The notes under the pieces are model-generated. The model was not told where the DNA came from. It made no database searches and saw nothing but the letters and a program-made list of their open reading frames with translations. The position numbers and the translations under genes were made by a program. 58,002 bases of DNA from a virus (taxonomy: Duplodnaviria > Heunggongvirae > Uroviricota > Caudoviricetes): IMG/VR virus record IMGVR_UViG_2915331061_000005. The stretch is one strand, 5' to 3'. Positions 25,704-35,619 of this stretch are shown piece after piece (position 1 is the first letter of the stretch; each line of letters begins with the position of its first letter).

Positions 25704-27101
25704 TCACCCCCTCACCCGGACACGAATGCGGCGTTCATCCGTCCGGTCGTCGCCTTCCACCGCATAGCCGACAATGCATTCTGCCGGAGCAAACTCCCCT
25801 GCGCAGGCCGCCCGGCCAATGCCAGGCGTACCCGAAGGCAAAATTAAATCCCCGGTCTTCACCCTGCCGGTCACGCGCACTCTGACGCGCCCTGCAAGGG
25901 AAACGGGGATATACTTTTCTATGTTAGCTTTGAAGTTGTCGTCTTTCTCGTCCGGCGTATCGCCGCCAATCAGGTACGCATATTCGTCCGTGTGCACGCC
26001 CACAACGCGATCCATCTTTCCAACCGCCTTGATATACCGTTCTGTCTGGCTGCCCACATCCAGCGCAATGATATCTCCCGGCTTGGTATCGCACCCACGG
26101 GGGAACCATTCGGCGTAGTCGTTATAGACCGCACCATACACTTTGCGGAAGTTCGCCGTGCCATCGCTGCCGACGTAATAACTGTTGTCAGTACCAAAGT
26201 ATGTAGACTGCTGGAACCGCACCGCGCCCGTAAAGGTGCCGCCAGACGTAGGCATTGCACCCAGATTCGCCAGCGCCTGTGTTGCGGTCTGGGCACCGGT
26301 GCCGCCGCGAGAAATAGGGAACGTTCCGCTGGTCACATCATCCGCGTTGTGCTTGTGGTCCATTGCTGCTGCTGAAATGTCCGCAGCGGAAATTTTGTGC
26401 GGGTTCTTTGCAGAAAGGTGTGCGATGAAGGCGGCAATTGCCGTGCGAATCTTCCGCAGGATGTTTCCCAGCTTTTCGCCGGAAGCGATATTCTGCACAT
26501 CGTAGGAGCCATCCGTCTTCGTAATGTAGTCATTTGAGAACACCGGCTGTTGGTTCGTCGGGGTGACATTGGGCACATTGCCCAAACCAACCTGCTCTGC
26601 CGTAACATGGTGCGGATTGTTGTGGTCATCGATGTGGTCTTTCAGGTCTTGCTTGCTGGCATAGCCGGAATACTCACCCAGCGTTGCCGTCACCTGCTCT
26701 GCATCGCCAACCGCAACCACCATGTGGAAGGTTTCCTGCACCGTCATGTCGCCGCTCTCCGGCGGCACAACGGCAGCTTCGTTTCCCGCATTGGCATATG
26801 CATACAGGATTTCTCCATCGTCCGGGTCGTTGGCGAAGATGCCAATTTCCCGGGCGACCAGCTTTGATTTCAGACCGCTGTTCGTGTAGGTGGATTCCAG
26901 CACGGCGCAGTTTGCAGACAGCTCAATGCTGTTGATCTGCATATTGGCTGCCAAATGCACAAGATTTTTCAGGTCACGCGGTTCCTCTGGTGCGGCGCCA
27001 TCGCCCAGCGCAAATTTCGTGAAATTGATTGCGGTGCCATTCAGAGCTTTCACGATCAAAGCCCTGCCTGAATTGGTCAGGATCAAACTCGGAAAAAACA
27101 T
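25704..27101 (-). CDS. Tail fibre: tail-collar N-terminus and C-terminal autocleaving-chaperone-like domain, 465 aa
   Basis: LILTNSGRALIVKA...REIGIFA...LYAY N-terminus; NNPHHVTAEQVGLGNV; YNDYAEWF...PGD...LAGRVRV C-terminus (peptidase G2-like). Confidence 0.85.
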   Translation of the reverse strand: MFFPSLILTNSGRALIVKALNGTAINFTKFALGDGAAPEEPRDLKNLVHLAANMQINSIELSANCAVLESTYTNSGLKSKLVAREIGIFANDPDDGEILYAYANAGNEAAVVPPESGDMTVQETFHMVVAVGDAEQVTATLGEYSGYASKQDLKDHIDDHNNPHHVTAEQVGLGNVPNVTPTNQQPVFSNDYITKTDGSYDVQNIASGEKLGNILRKIRTAIAAFIAHLSAKNPHKISAADISAAAMDHKHNADDVTSGTFPISRGGTGAQTATQALANLGAMPTSGGTFTGAVRFQQSTYFGTDNSYYVGSDGTANFRKVYGAVYNDYAEWFPRGCDTKPGDIIALDVGSQTERYIKAVGKMDRVVGVHTDEYAYLIGGDTPDEKDDNFKANIEKYIPVSLAGRVRVRVTGRVKTGDLILPSGTPGIGRAACAGEFAPAECIVGYAVEGDDRTDERRIRVRVRG

Positions 27102-27113
27102 TGTTTCCCCCTT

Positions 27114-27749
27114 TTAGTCTGTCAGGATGTTCCCGTCTGCGTCCAGAAGGGCGTTTTCGTCCGCATCTACAAGCCAGCTGAATACGCTTTCTCCATCTGC
27201 CGTCACGCCAGACCACTTGCCCACAGTGACCGACGCAAAGCCGAAGAACAGCTTGTGCATTTCCTCCGTGGAAAGCTGCAACATATCCAGGTGGGCGCTG
27301 GCCCGCTTTACATGGCTGAGAATGTCCAGCATTTCTTCAATGTCGATTGGGCCTTCTGCCTTAATCTTGATTCGGAAGCAGCCCGGCGTTCCGTCGTACT
27401 CGAACCATTCTCGCACAGTCGCGTCACCGTACAGGTCACGCATCATATCTTCCACAGCTGCTTTTGTTCCCACCGTCATATAATAAGGTAGGGACGCTTT
27501 CACAAGCCGTCGTTTTGTTTCGATGTCGTAGTCCTGCCGGTAGCGCGGCGCACGGAATTGAACTGCCAGAATGTCCAGCAGTTCATCCGATGCATGGTCA
27601 ATGCCCGTGTAGATTTTCGCATTGTCGGTAAAATCCAAAATCAGAATTGCCAGCTCATGCCATGCATCCGATATCGACTTTACCCATTGCTGGTCTGCAA
27701 CACTTTTCGGCAACAGGTCGGTCAGCTTTGCATTGCGAAGATCAGTCAT
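27114..27749 (-). CDS. Baseplate/tail protein I (P2 gpI-like)
   Basis: LLDILAVQF, GTKAAVE, VREWFEY, HVKRASAHL; RBS GGAGG before MTDL. Confidence 0.85.
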   Translation of the reverse strand: MTDLRNAKLTDLLPKSVADQQWVKSISDAWHELAILILDFTDNAKIYTGIDHASDELLDILAVQFRAPRYRQDYDIETKRRLVKASLPYYMTVGTKAAVEDMMRDLYGDATVREWFEYDGTPGCFRIKIKAEGPIDIEEMLDILSHVKRASAHLDMLQLSTEEMHKLFFGFASVTVGKWSGVTADGESVFSWLVDADENALLDADGNILTD

Positions 27750-28893
27750 CTTCCAGTCCTCCGTACACCACATTGCAGGTTGTCAGCTTCGGAATCTCAG
27801 CGCTGCCCACCACAACGTCGGTTGGCGCGGTGATCTTCACCTTCTTTGCCCCGGCATTCTTGATTTGTGCAATCAGTTCCGCCGGGTCAATGTCCCTGCC
27901 CATGGTGCGCTGCCACACCTTGTAGACTTCAACCGCTTCGTTCACTGCGTTCTGCACAGTAACGGCGATCTTGGATTTACTGCGGGCAATGGTATAGGTC
28001 ACGTCAATGCTGTACTCAACCTCGGTCGGGGCTTTGCAGTTCACATAGTCCGTCATGGGTCGGCGTGCATCATTGCGCAGATTTTCTTCCATGCTGTCGC
28101 AATCACTTTTGCTCGGCAGCGTTCCATCCTGCAACGTAAAATAAATGTCCACCACGCAGGGCGACGGGCTTTGTACGGAAACGTCCTTCACGTCGTTTCG
28201 CCATGCCTTAGCGAAATACTCATAAGCGTCCGGTGGACCAGCACAGGAATATGTAGAGGGCACCAGGTAGGTTCTCTCCGTCAGCGAATCGTCGCTTTCA
28301 ATATCCGTACCACCGCTGCTGGCCGTAACGTTTACCGCCGATGCAACATATGGGATGGGGTCCACTAGCTGATTGATTTGCCCTTCCTCAATGCCGGACG
28401 ACGCCGCGCCTTCTTCTTCCGCTTCTGCTTCTACGTCCACATACTGCGAACCTGGTGTGATCTCCGCGTAGTCCATCGTGGCAAAATAAATGCCGTCCTG
28501 TGTTCTAACGCGGGTTTGCGCTGGAATGCCTACAGCACCAGGCTGTTTTGCATCAGCCAGAGTAAACCGGATCGTCACCTTTGCTTTTTCAGCCGGGCGG
28601 CGGGTCAAGCCATAGTTCCCGGCCAGGTCGTCCAAATCGCCGTGGGCGGAGTATTTCAGCAGCATTCGTTTCGGGCCTGCATCGACGTACTGCAAAATCT
28701 GGTAGCCAAAAAGCGTCATTGCTTTCAGTATCAGTGCCGGGACACTGGCGGGGTAAATAATCGGTGTCTGCCCGGTTGCTTCCTGCATGGATTGACTGAA
28801 CTCTCCCTTTGTCAGCTCTTCCACTTCCTTCATAGACAGGTTGTCGGTAAAGCTGATATCCGGCAGATTTTGAAGCTGTGAAATTTCAGACAC
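27742..28893 (-). CDS. Baseplate J/gp47 family protein
   Basis: LDDLAGNYGLTRRPA, GGTDIESDDSL, AGPPDAYEYFA, RRPMTDYV. Confidence 0.92.
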   Translation of the reverse strand: MSEISQLQNLPDISFTDNLSMKEVEELTKGEFSQSMQEATGQTPIIYPASVPALILKAMTLFGYQILQYVDAGPKRMLLKYSAHGDLDDLAGNYGLTRRPAEKAKVTIRFTLADAKQPGAVGIPAQTRVRTQDGIYFATMDYAEITPGSQYVDVEAEAEEEGAASSGIEEGQINQLVDPIPYVASAVNVTASSGGTDIESDDSLTERTYLVPSTYSCAGPPDAYEYFAKAWRNDVKDVSVQSPSPCVVDIYFTLQDGTLPSKSDCDSMEENLRNDARRPMTDYVNCKAPTEVEYSIDVTYTIARSKSKIAVTVQNAVNEAVEVYKVWQRTMGRDIDPAELIAQIKNAGAKKVKITAPTDVVVGSAEIPKLTTCNVVYGGLEDD

Positions 28894-29191
28894 TTCTCAA
28901 CACCACCTTTGGGATCAATACCCCCTGCCCCACCTTCGACGTGTCCCACTCAATGCGGACCACTTCAACGCGGGGTTCGTACTTCTTTGTTTTGCGGACG
29001 ATTTCTGCCGCCAGTAGCGCTTTTGCAACGCTGGTCGGCTTGTCCACGGCATCCAGCGAAATGCCGAAGTCCCGGTCAAGACCCTGTTCCCCGGCTCGTG
29101 CGGAGTACAGTACTTTCAGGCATTCGCAGATATCCTCTGCATCTTCCATGCCGGAGGATGCAAGCTGAATTTTTGCTTCTCCTAAAGTCAT
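28886..29191 (-). CDS. Baseplate wedge protein (gpW/gp25-like)
   Basis: 101 aa; LDRDFG, KYEPRVEVVRI. Confidence 0.8.
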   Translation of the reverse strand: MTLGEAKIQLASSGMEDAEDICECLKVLYSARAGEQGLDRDFGISLDAVDKPTSVAKALLAAEIVRKTKKYEPRVEVVRIEWDTSKVGQGVLIPKVVLRSV

Positions 29192-29580
29192 GCGTATTCC
29201 TCAAATGATAAATCGATTTTGCAGCGGACAAGCCGTCCACCTGCAGCAACGCAGTCCCATGCGTCGGACGCATCCGTCAGCTTAAACAGGCACATTCCCA
29301 CAGGGTCGCTGCCGATAATCAGATAGTCCACCGTGCCTTCCTCCGCCATCCGCTGGATGTTCGCCAGCATTTCACGCGGCTTCACACCGTACTGCGCGTC
29401 CAGCGTGACCGTAAACTTGTACGCCTTCAACTTCTGGCCGGTCAGCTCACTTTTCGGTTTTCCGTTGATTGTGTTGTGGGTCGCCCAATCGCTGCCCGTA
29501 CTGCCTTGGATATCCTGCATCGTGAATACCTTGTTGCTGTCTACCGAAAACACAAGGCCGCCAAAACATCCAACCTGCAT
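29188..29580 (-). CDS. Phage tail protein (P2 gpU-like)
   Basis: WATHNTINGKPKSELTG, CKIDLSFEEYA. Confidence 0.8.
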   Translation of the reverse strand: MQVGCFGGLVFSVDSNKVFTMQDIQGSTGSDWATHNTINGKPKSELTGQKLKAYKFTVTLDAQYGVKPREMLANIQRMAEEGTVDYLIIGSDPVGMCLFKLTDASDAWDCVAAGGRLVRCKIDLSFEEYA

Positions 29581-29598
29581 ACTGTGTCCTCCTGCGAT

Positions 29599-30246
29599 TT
29601 ACGTCGGCTTTACTGTATCGCCCATGCCTCCGGCATGGAGCGGCAGCGTATACTTGTGCGTGTGGTTTACCAGACTGATCCCGCTGATTACCGCGTCGCC
29701 GCCACCACCTGTGATGTTGACTGTTCCGCCATCAATGGTGATGGTGGGTGCATTCATACTGATTTGAGAACCGCCCACGATCTGAACGGTGCCGCCCTGG
29801 ATCGTGACGGTGCAGCTTCCCACTTTCACGGTCAGCTTTCCTTTCACTTCCAGTTCAGCATTTCCGTCAACGGTTTCCGTTTTGTTCTTCTTGGTTTCCG
29901 ACTTCGTGTCGCCCTCATTGTGGAAGGTGGCTTTCTTTCCGTCATAGCGGAAATAGCACTTCCCGGGTTTGTCATCGAAGTCCTGTCTGTAAAGGTTTTG
30001 GGCACCCTCCGGGGGATTTTCATTTTCGCCCCAGGTGGTGCCCAAAACCACGCCTTCTTCTTCTCCGTTGGAGTTATGCGCCACCACAACGGTGTCTCCG
30101 ACTTTCGGCATTTTGTACCCAGCATTCGCCAGCATCGGGATCATGTCCGTCACACTGTCTTCCCGGTCTTCGTATGTAACTTCCATACAGCCGGTTTTGT
30201 AGTTGATGTTTGATACTTTGCCAAACCGTATTGAATCTGCCATCAT
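29599..30246 (-). CDS. Baseplate spike (P2 gpV-like)
   Basis: OB-fold RFGKVS...MPKVGDTVVV, beta-helix repeats, terminal HTH (His-Thr-His) metal-binding tip. Confidence 0.88.
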   Translation of the reverse strand: MMADSIRFGKVSNINYKTGCMEVTYEDREDSVTDMIPMLANAGYKMPKVGDTVVVAHNSNGEEEGVVLGTTWGENENPPEGAQNLYRQDFDDKPGKCYFRYDGKKATFHNEGDTKSETKKNKTETVDGNAELEVKGKLTVKVGSCTVTIQGGTVQIVGGSQISMNAPTITIDGGTVNITGGGGDAVISGISLVNHTHKYTLPLHAGGMGDTVKPT

Positions 30247-31472
30247 GTGACGCTCCTAACGTCTTTCGCATCAACCCAGCCGGTCACGTTCTTTCCAACA
30301 GGCGTCTTGCCGCAACGGGAAGCAAGGTTCGTGATCCTATACCTTCCCGCCACAGCCACGCCGTCGTAGAGGTAATACTTGCCGCTTACCGTCCGTACCG
30401 GCTTTTTGTCAACGCTGGTGTAGTAAAGCGGTGCGTTTTGCAACGTTACCGCTTTACCGTTACTTTCACTTTCTTCCAGAGCAGAAACCCAGCTGCATTC
30501 AAGCGTCTGTTCAAGCCCGCTTCGGCTATACTCCAACGTCACCTTGTCGATGAAGTATTTGCCGGACAGTTTACCATAGCCCGTAACGTTGACATTCTGG
30601 CTCTCGCACAGCTCGATCTGGGCCAGCGCCAGCTTGAACTTGATCTTGGTTGAACCATGGTTCGCATTGTCCAGTGCTGCTTGCAGGCGACGCTCTGCGT
30701 CGGCCTGACTGGACGCATACTTGGATATGCGTTTCGTCCTTCCACTCTTTCCGATCTCCGCTCGGATTTTTATTTTCTTTTTCTGGTTTGAATACTCCCA
30801 TATACCGTGCGTATAGGTTCCGTCAAACCCATCGTTAAAATTGAATGACCCCGGCACAATGTCCGTCCGATCTATGGTCGCTGCCACCTTCTTTTTCTTG
30901 TAGGCTTCGCGGTCATAAATCCACAGCTTCTTTGAGTACGCTTTCAGAATCAGACCATAGTCTTTGCATAGATCATCAAGGAAGGAACTGTCCGTTGCCT
31001 TCTGTTCTCGCTTTACGATTTCTGCGTCCTTCCCATCAAACCCAAGTTCAAGCGAATACCGCCCGGCAATCGTCTGGGCGATTTTCTGAATGCTGGTGTT
31101 CTTCCAGATAAATTCCCGATCTTCTTCCGAAAAGCTCGTGTCATTCGGCTTTGATGTAGCACTGATTGTCATTGTGCCGGGCGCGCCGCTGTAGCCGATA
31201 TTGTCCACGGTCATAACGCCGCCGTTCATCTGCCCTTCCTGTCCTTCTTCAGGCCAGTCATGGGTAAAGATCGTGCCGTCCAGTGTGGTGCCTTTTGTGG
31301 GCATCCAGTCGTCCAGCCATTTGTCCGCCATTGCATTTATGGTGACACTCAGGCTGTCGCTGCTGTCTGCCGCGTTTCCTTCATGGGAAATGCTTTCAAC
31401 GTCAGCTTCGATATCAGACGTAATGTCCTTTTCTTTGTAAATCAGCTTGACGCTTGCCCTTCTCGGTTTCAT
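30243..31472 (-). CDS. Baseplate hub (late control D family) with extra C-terminal domain
   Basis: DSSDSLSVT, TDSSFLDDLC, GKYFIDKVT; extra ~70-aa C-terminal module ending TGWVDAKDV. Confidence 0.85.
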   Translation of the reverse strand: MKPRRASVKLIYKEKDITSDIEADVESISHEGNAADSSDSLSVTINAMADKWLDDWMPTKGTTLDGTIFTHDWPEEGQEGQMNGGVMTVDNIGYSGAPGTMTISATSKPNDTSFSEEDREFIWKNTSIQKIAQTIAGRYSLELGFDGKDAEIVKREQKATDSSFLDDLCKDYGLILKAYSKKLWIYDREAYKKKKVAATIDRTDIVPGSFNFNDGFDGTYTHGIWEYSNQKKKIKIRAEIGKSGRTKRISKYASSQADAERRLQAALDNANHGSTKIKFKLALAQIELCESQNVNVTGYGKLSGKYFIDKVTLEYSRSGLEQTLECSWVSALEESESNGKAVTLQNAPLYYTSVDKKPVRTVSGKYYLYDGVAVAGRYRITNLASRCGKTPVGKNVTGWVDAKDVRSVT

Positions 31473-31672
31473 TCATTCTCCTTCCAGGGCGGCAGGCTTC
31501 CGCTCTGTTCCTCGGTCAGCTCCGGCGTTTTCAGAACAACCCCAGAATCAAAACAAAACGTCATGATTTGTTCCGGGTTTGCCTGCATCAGGATATCAGC
31601 ACAGTATTCATCGCCGTAAACTTTTTTGGCGATCTTGTCAAACGTATCGCCGCTTACAGTTGTGTATGCCAC
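31469..31672 (-). CDS. Tail protein X (LysM-like)
   Basis: YTTVSGDTFDKIAKKVYG...LPPWK. Confidence 0.9.
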   Translation of the reverse strand: MAYTTVSGDTFDKIAKKVYGDEYCADILMQANPEQIMTFCFDSGVVLKTPELTEEQSGSLPPWKENE

Positions 31673-31683
31673 GCTTCATCACC

Positions 31684-34296
31684 TCACGCCGGTTTATACG
31701 CTGTCCTGCGGTGTTTCTGGAAATACTGATCCATGAATTGCTCGAACAGGGCAAACAGTTCCTTCGTCTTGCGGGCTGCTTCTTCCTGCGATACATCACT
31801 AGAGAACGTGATGTTCGGTGCGAAAACGATTTGCGGCGTTTCTCCGCTATCATCCCGCACGCCCAGCATCTTACCAGCCAGCTTCCATGTGTCGATGTTC
31901 TGCTGGCGGACGCCGCGCTGGAAGGAAATAACTGCTTCGGTTCCAGCTTCACCTGCGATAGACGGTCCGTTGGTAAAGCCGCCCTGCGCAAACTGCGGCA
32001 TGGCAACTTTGGACAAGTTAAACCCGAAGGTTTTGCCGCCGATGCCTGGCACCCAGTCCGGGATTGGCACCGAGATTTTATTCAGTGCGCCGATGATGCT
32101 GTTTACGACCTTGATCGTCACAGAAACAATGCTCTGGATCAGACTGATAATTCCCATGATGACCGGTTCCACGATGGGCAGCAGCGTTTGCACGATGCCG
32201 ACCACGACTTTCACTGCATTCACCAGCGTTGTGCCGACCAACGACACCACCGATGCCAGCAGCGGGATCAGCGCAGGAAGCGCCTGCGTCGTCATAAAGT
32301 TAAAGACTTCCAGAATCAGCGGTTTCAGGTAGTTTACGCCCAAGTCTACCAGCTGGCCTACAATGCCAGCCACCGACTGGATCAGCGGGATGAAAACGCC
32401 GAAAGCATTCCCTGCGCCTTCGCCGAAGGTCTGTGTGATAAGGTCCTTGATGCCAGCCAGTCCTTCCGGCGAGAAAGCCTGCTGGATCGTAGTGCCAACA
32501 TTCTGGATTGCGCCAACGAAGCCATCAAAGACAGCCACGCCCTGTTCGCCGAAGGCGCTCTGCACCAGCCCCCGGATATCTCCCAGATGGTCGCCCAGAA
32601 TGCTTACCAGTGCAATAACGGTGCCGATTGCCGTAATCACCGGGCCGATGGAGCCAAGCATTCCAAGGAACACTTTGCCCATAGCTGCAAGCGGCGTTTT
32701 TACCGCTCCAACATTTAAGCCGCTCTTTCCGAATACCGCCCCAAGTCCAGCTCCGAGCACGTTGCCGATTGTTGCAGTTGCCGTTCCTGCTGGATTTGCC
32801 GCCGCCATCATGGATTGAATGGCGTTTTGCGGAATGTTTTTCACATTCTGTGCCCACCCGAAGATTGGAAGTGACTGGAAAAGTCCCGGATTTGCACGGA
32901 AGTCTTTGATACTTGCCAGCATTGAACCGCCAAATCCCTTTGCTTTTCCAAGGAGTTTTGCGCCACCTCCTTTTGCTTTTCCCATCCCAGAGGACAGGAA
33001 GCTGGCAACGCCTTTCACGCCTGATTCGATTTTCGGGGCAGCGATCATGCCGCCCCATGCAGCAGCTACCGCCGAAGCGACGCCCGCCACCTGCGGCCCA
33101 TTTTGAGACAGGTACTTGAACAGTGCTTCTATTTTCGGCATGATTTTGTCAATGCCCGCCAGCACCGTGTCCATTAGAGCATCTATTTTTGGCATAGCGT
33201 CCGACAAAAAATCTTTCGCGTAGGGCAGTAGTTTCATGCCGACCTGCTGTGCAAAGACAGATACCTTGTTGGAAGCAATGCCAAACATATCATTCCAGTT
33301 GTTTATGCTGGTCATAAACGCTCGGTCTGTTGCGCCGTCCGCATCCTGCAATTCCGAAAGTTTCTGCTCGTACACATCCATGGTGTTCAGGATGCCTTGT
33401 GCGGCTTTTAGATCACGCATAGAAAACAGAGCAGCAAACTTCGTTGCGTCACCGCCTGCGTACTGCCCCAGTTTCTTAATAGTTCCGCCCAAGCCTTCCT
33501 GCTGAACCATTGCATAGGCTGACTTGTAGCCCAGGCTTTCCACGGCCTTTGATAGTGCCTTGGATGGTTTCAGCATCTTTGTGTACAGGGTGTTCAGGGC
33601 TGTGCCCACGGTGTCGGTATTACCGATAACACCGGTCAGCGTTGCAAATCCGGCATACAATTCCTCTTGTGAAACGTGAAGGGCAGCAGCGGAACCAGAC
33701 GCTTTCTGGATTCCGTTTGCCAGTTCCGGCATGGTTGTTTGTCCAAGTCGGATCGTTTCAAAGGACAGGTCGGAAACGTGGGTGACAGCTCGCGCAGAGG
33801 TGTCCCCGTATGCCTTCGTAACGGCAGCCAGTGCGTTCACCGTGTCCACGGTTTCCGCCTGACCTGCGATTGCCGCCTTCGTTGCGGTTTCCAGAATGCT
33901 TGCCGTATCGGCTGTGTCCTGGAACGCAGAAATAACCTGATAGGAACCAGCAGCGATTTCGGTCGATACCCTGCCCGTTACGCGGGAAATGTTCATCACA
34001 TCCTGCGTAAGTTCCGCCGTGCGGGCTTGCGTTTCGTCTGCGGTGCCGGTCAGTAGCGTTCTGGTCTGCGCCATTGCCTTTTCCACGTCCGCCGCCTGTT
34101 TCCCGCAGGTAGCGGCCGTACCCACCACAGCCGCCGTCACGCCAACCAGCGCAGCGGCGGAAGTTTTCGCAAAGGTGCTCACGCTCCGCGCCAGCCCCGA
34201 AGTCTGACTTTTGGCAGTTTTGATTGCCGCTGTCAGCGAATTATCGACTTTACCCGCAATGCGGATGCTCAGTTCTAGCGCGTTGCTTTTTGCCAT
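31684..34296 (-). CDS. Tail tape measure protein, 870 aa
   Basis: Ala/Gly-rich, TP901-type core, amphipathic repeats, FAQGG...GEAGTEAVI C-terminus. Confidence 0.92.
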   Translation of the reverse strand: MAKSNALELSIRIAGKVDNSLTAAIKTAKSQTSGLARSVSTFAKTSAAALVGVTAAVVGTAATCGKQAADVEKAMAQTRTLLTGTADETQARTAELTQDVMNISRVTGRVSTEIAAGSYQVISAFQDTADTASILETATKAAIAGQAETVDTVNALAAVTKAYGDTSARAVTHVSDLSFETIRLGQTTMPELANGIQKASGSAAALHVSQEELYAGFATLTGVIGNTDTVGTALNTLYTKMLKPSKALSKAVESLGYKSAYAMVQQEGLGGTIKKLGQYAGGDATKFAALFSMRDLKAAQGILNTMDVYEQKLSELQDADGATDRAFMTSINNWNDMFGIASNKVSVFAQQVGMKLLPYAKDFLSDAMPKIDALMDTVLAGIDKIMPKIEALFKYLSQNGPQVAGVASAVAAAWGGMIAAPKIESGVKGVASFLSSGMGKAKGGGAKLLGKAKGFGGSMLASIKDFRANPGLFQSLPIFGWAQNVKNIPQNAIQSMMAAANPAGTATATIGNVLGAGLGAVFGKSGLNVGAVKTPLAAMGKVFLGMLGSIGPVITAIGTVIALVSILGDHLGDIRGLVQSAFGEQGVAVFDGFVGAIQNVGTTIQQAFSPEGLAGIKDLITQTFGEGAGNAFGVFIPLIQSVAGIVGQLVDLGVNYLKPLILEVFNFMTTQALPALIPLLASVVSLVGTTLVNAVKVVVGIVQTLLPIVEPVIMGIISLIQSIVSVTIKVVNSIIGALNKISVPIPDWVPGIGGKTFGFNLSKVAMPQFAQGGFTNGPSIAGEAGTEAVISFQRGVRQQNIDTWKLAGKMLGVRDDSGETPQIVFAPNITFSSDVSQEEAARKTKELFALFEQFMDQYFQKHRRTAYKPA

Positions 34297-34445
34297 TGCT
34301 CTTGCATCTCCTGTATGTCTTTGCAGGTTTCAAGAAATTCCGTGACCGGCATTTCCATAAAGAAGTCAATGCCCGTGTGTGTTGCGCTGGCTGCTGCAAC
34401 GGCAAGTTTACGCAGCGATTTCGCGCTGGCGTTTACTCGAAAAAA
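34275..34445 (-). other. -1 programmed frameshift site and extension of the tail assembly chaperone
   Basis: Slippery T TTT TTC (34445-34439) before the stop; the -1 frame stays open for 54 more codons (RVNASAKSLRKLAV...WQKATR*) into the tape measure start. Confidence 0.8.
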
Positions 34446-35023
34446 CTTGCAGCGTTCACCGTACCGCGAACCTTCACCGCTTCATGCAACGGCAGACCCG
34501 TGAAAAACTCCATCGGCTTGCCGGATGCGCGGGCGGCCAGAGCGCAGGAATAGGCAAAGAAGTTCTTCATGTTCACGGAGTAGACTCCGGTTTTCAGCAC
34601 TTCGTTTTCCGCCTTGGAAACATCAATGCTGGTCAGCTCTTCTACACCGGACAGATCGATTTCACTTACAGTTTCGCCCTTGAAACTGTAAGGCTTATCC
34701 AGAACGACTACGCCGTCCTTTGCCTGATCTTTCACGGCAAAAGCTTCCTGAACCGCTGTGCGCACTTTGGAACACATAGCGATGGGCATAGCGTTGAAGA
34801 ACTCCACCGGCTTGCCAGATGCGCGGGCGGCCACCTCGTCCAGAAATGCCTGCGATGCTTCCGGTGCATACAAGATGACCTGATCTTCGCCGTTGCCGAC
34901 GACCTCTTTCTGCGCATCAATGGCATCCTGCATGGTCAGATTTTCCAGACCGGACAGGTCAATACTCTTGTATTCCTCATCATCGAAGACGTAGGGCTTT
35001 TTCAGTTCGATCATGTTTTCCAT
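34433..35023 (-). CDS. Tail assembly chaperone (tandem duplicated domain), 196 aa
   Basis: Two copies of L-x-KPY-x-F...IDLSG...AARASGKP-x-EFF; located between tube and tape measure genes. Confidence 0.85.
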   Translation of the reverse strand: MENMIELKKPYVFDDEEYKSIDLSGLENLTMQDAIDAQKEVVGNGEDQVILYAPEASQAFLDEVAARASGKPVEFFNAMPIAMCSKVRTAVQEAFAVKDQAKDGVVVLDKPYSFKGETVSEIDLSGVEELTSIDVSKAENEVLKTGVYSVNMKNFFAYSCALAARASGKPMEFFTGLPLHEAVKVRGTVNAASFFE

Positions 35024-35043
35024 TTTGGATTTCCTTTCTTTCC

Positions 35044-35080
35044 AAAAAATCAGCCACCCCGAACCATTCCGGGGTGGCTG
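35044..35080 (-). terminator. Terminator/stabilising hairpin after the tail tube gene
   Basis: cagccaccccg / cggggtggctg 11-bp stem with a U-tract on the minus strand. Confidence 0.75.
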
Positions 35081-35084
35081 TTCA

Positions 35085-35603
35085 TCAGGTCATAAGGTTA
35101 ATCGCGGCCAGCATATCGTTTCCGTTCACGCGGTAAACGTCGTTGAGTTTGTCCACAGCGATCAGCTCTTCGGCACCACACTCCATCTTGTAGCGCACAA
35201 CCTCAATGGTCACGCTTGCTTCCATCTGGCTGCCTGCTTCCAGGGAACCACCCTTGAAGCCTTTGACCATGCCGCCTTCCACAATGCGCAGCTGGCGCAT
35301 GGCATAGCCACCAGAACGAAGCGCCACCTGCATTGCACCGCGATAGGTGATGTTCACATTCATCCCCTGCTGCAACAGGTATGCAACGTCATTGTCGAAA
35401 AGCGCGAACGGGATTTCATGCTCCGTCGATTCCCACTGACCCGGCGTCGGGCTGTCGATCTCTCCGCCAACGCCAGCGCCGGACATGGTGCTGGTCTTCA
35501 TCTTGAATTCCGGCGTATCAACCTTGCCGGTAATACCCAGCTTGATGCCGTTGGAGTAGGCATTGAACTTTGCAACCTTGTCGGGAATATAAAGGCTACT
35601 CAT
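35085..35603 (-). CDS. Tail tube protein (P2 FII-like)
   Basis: 172 aa; GAGVGGEID, IAVDKLNDVYRVNG. Confidence 0.9.
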   Translation of the reverse strand: MSSLYIPDKVAKFNAYSNGIKLGITGKVDTPEFKMKTSTMSGAGVGGEIDSPTPGQWESTEHEIPFALFDNDVAYLLQQGMNVNITYRGAMQVALRSGGYAMRQLRIVEGGMVKGFKGGSLEAGSQMEASVTIEVVRYKMECGAEELIAVDKLNDVYRVNGNDMLAAINLMT

Positions 35604-35619
35604 GTACTGTCCTCCTTCC

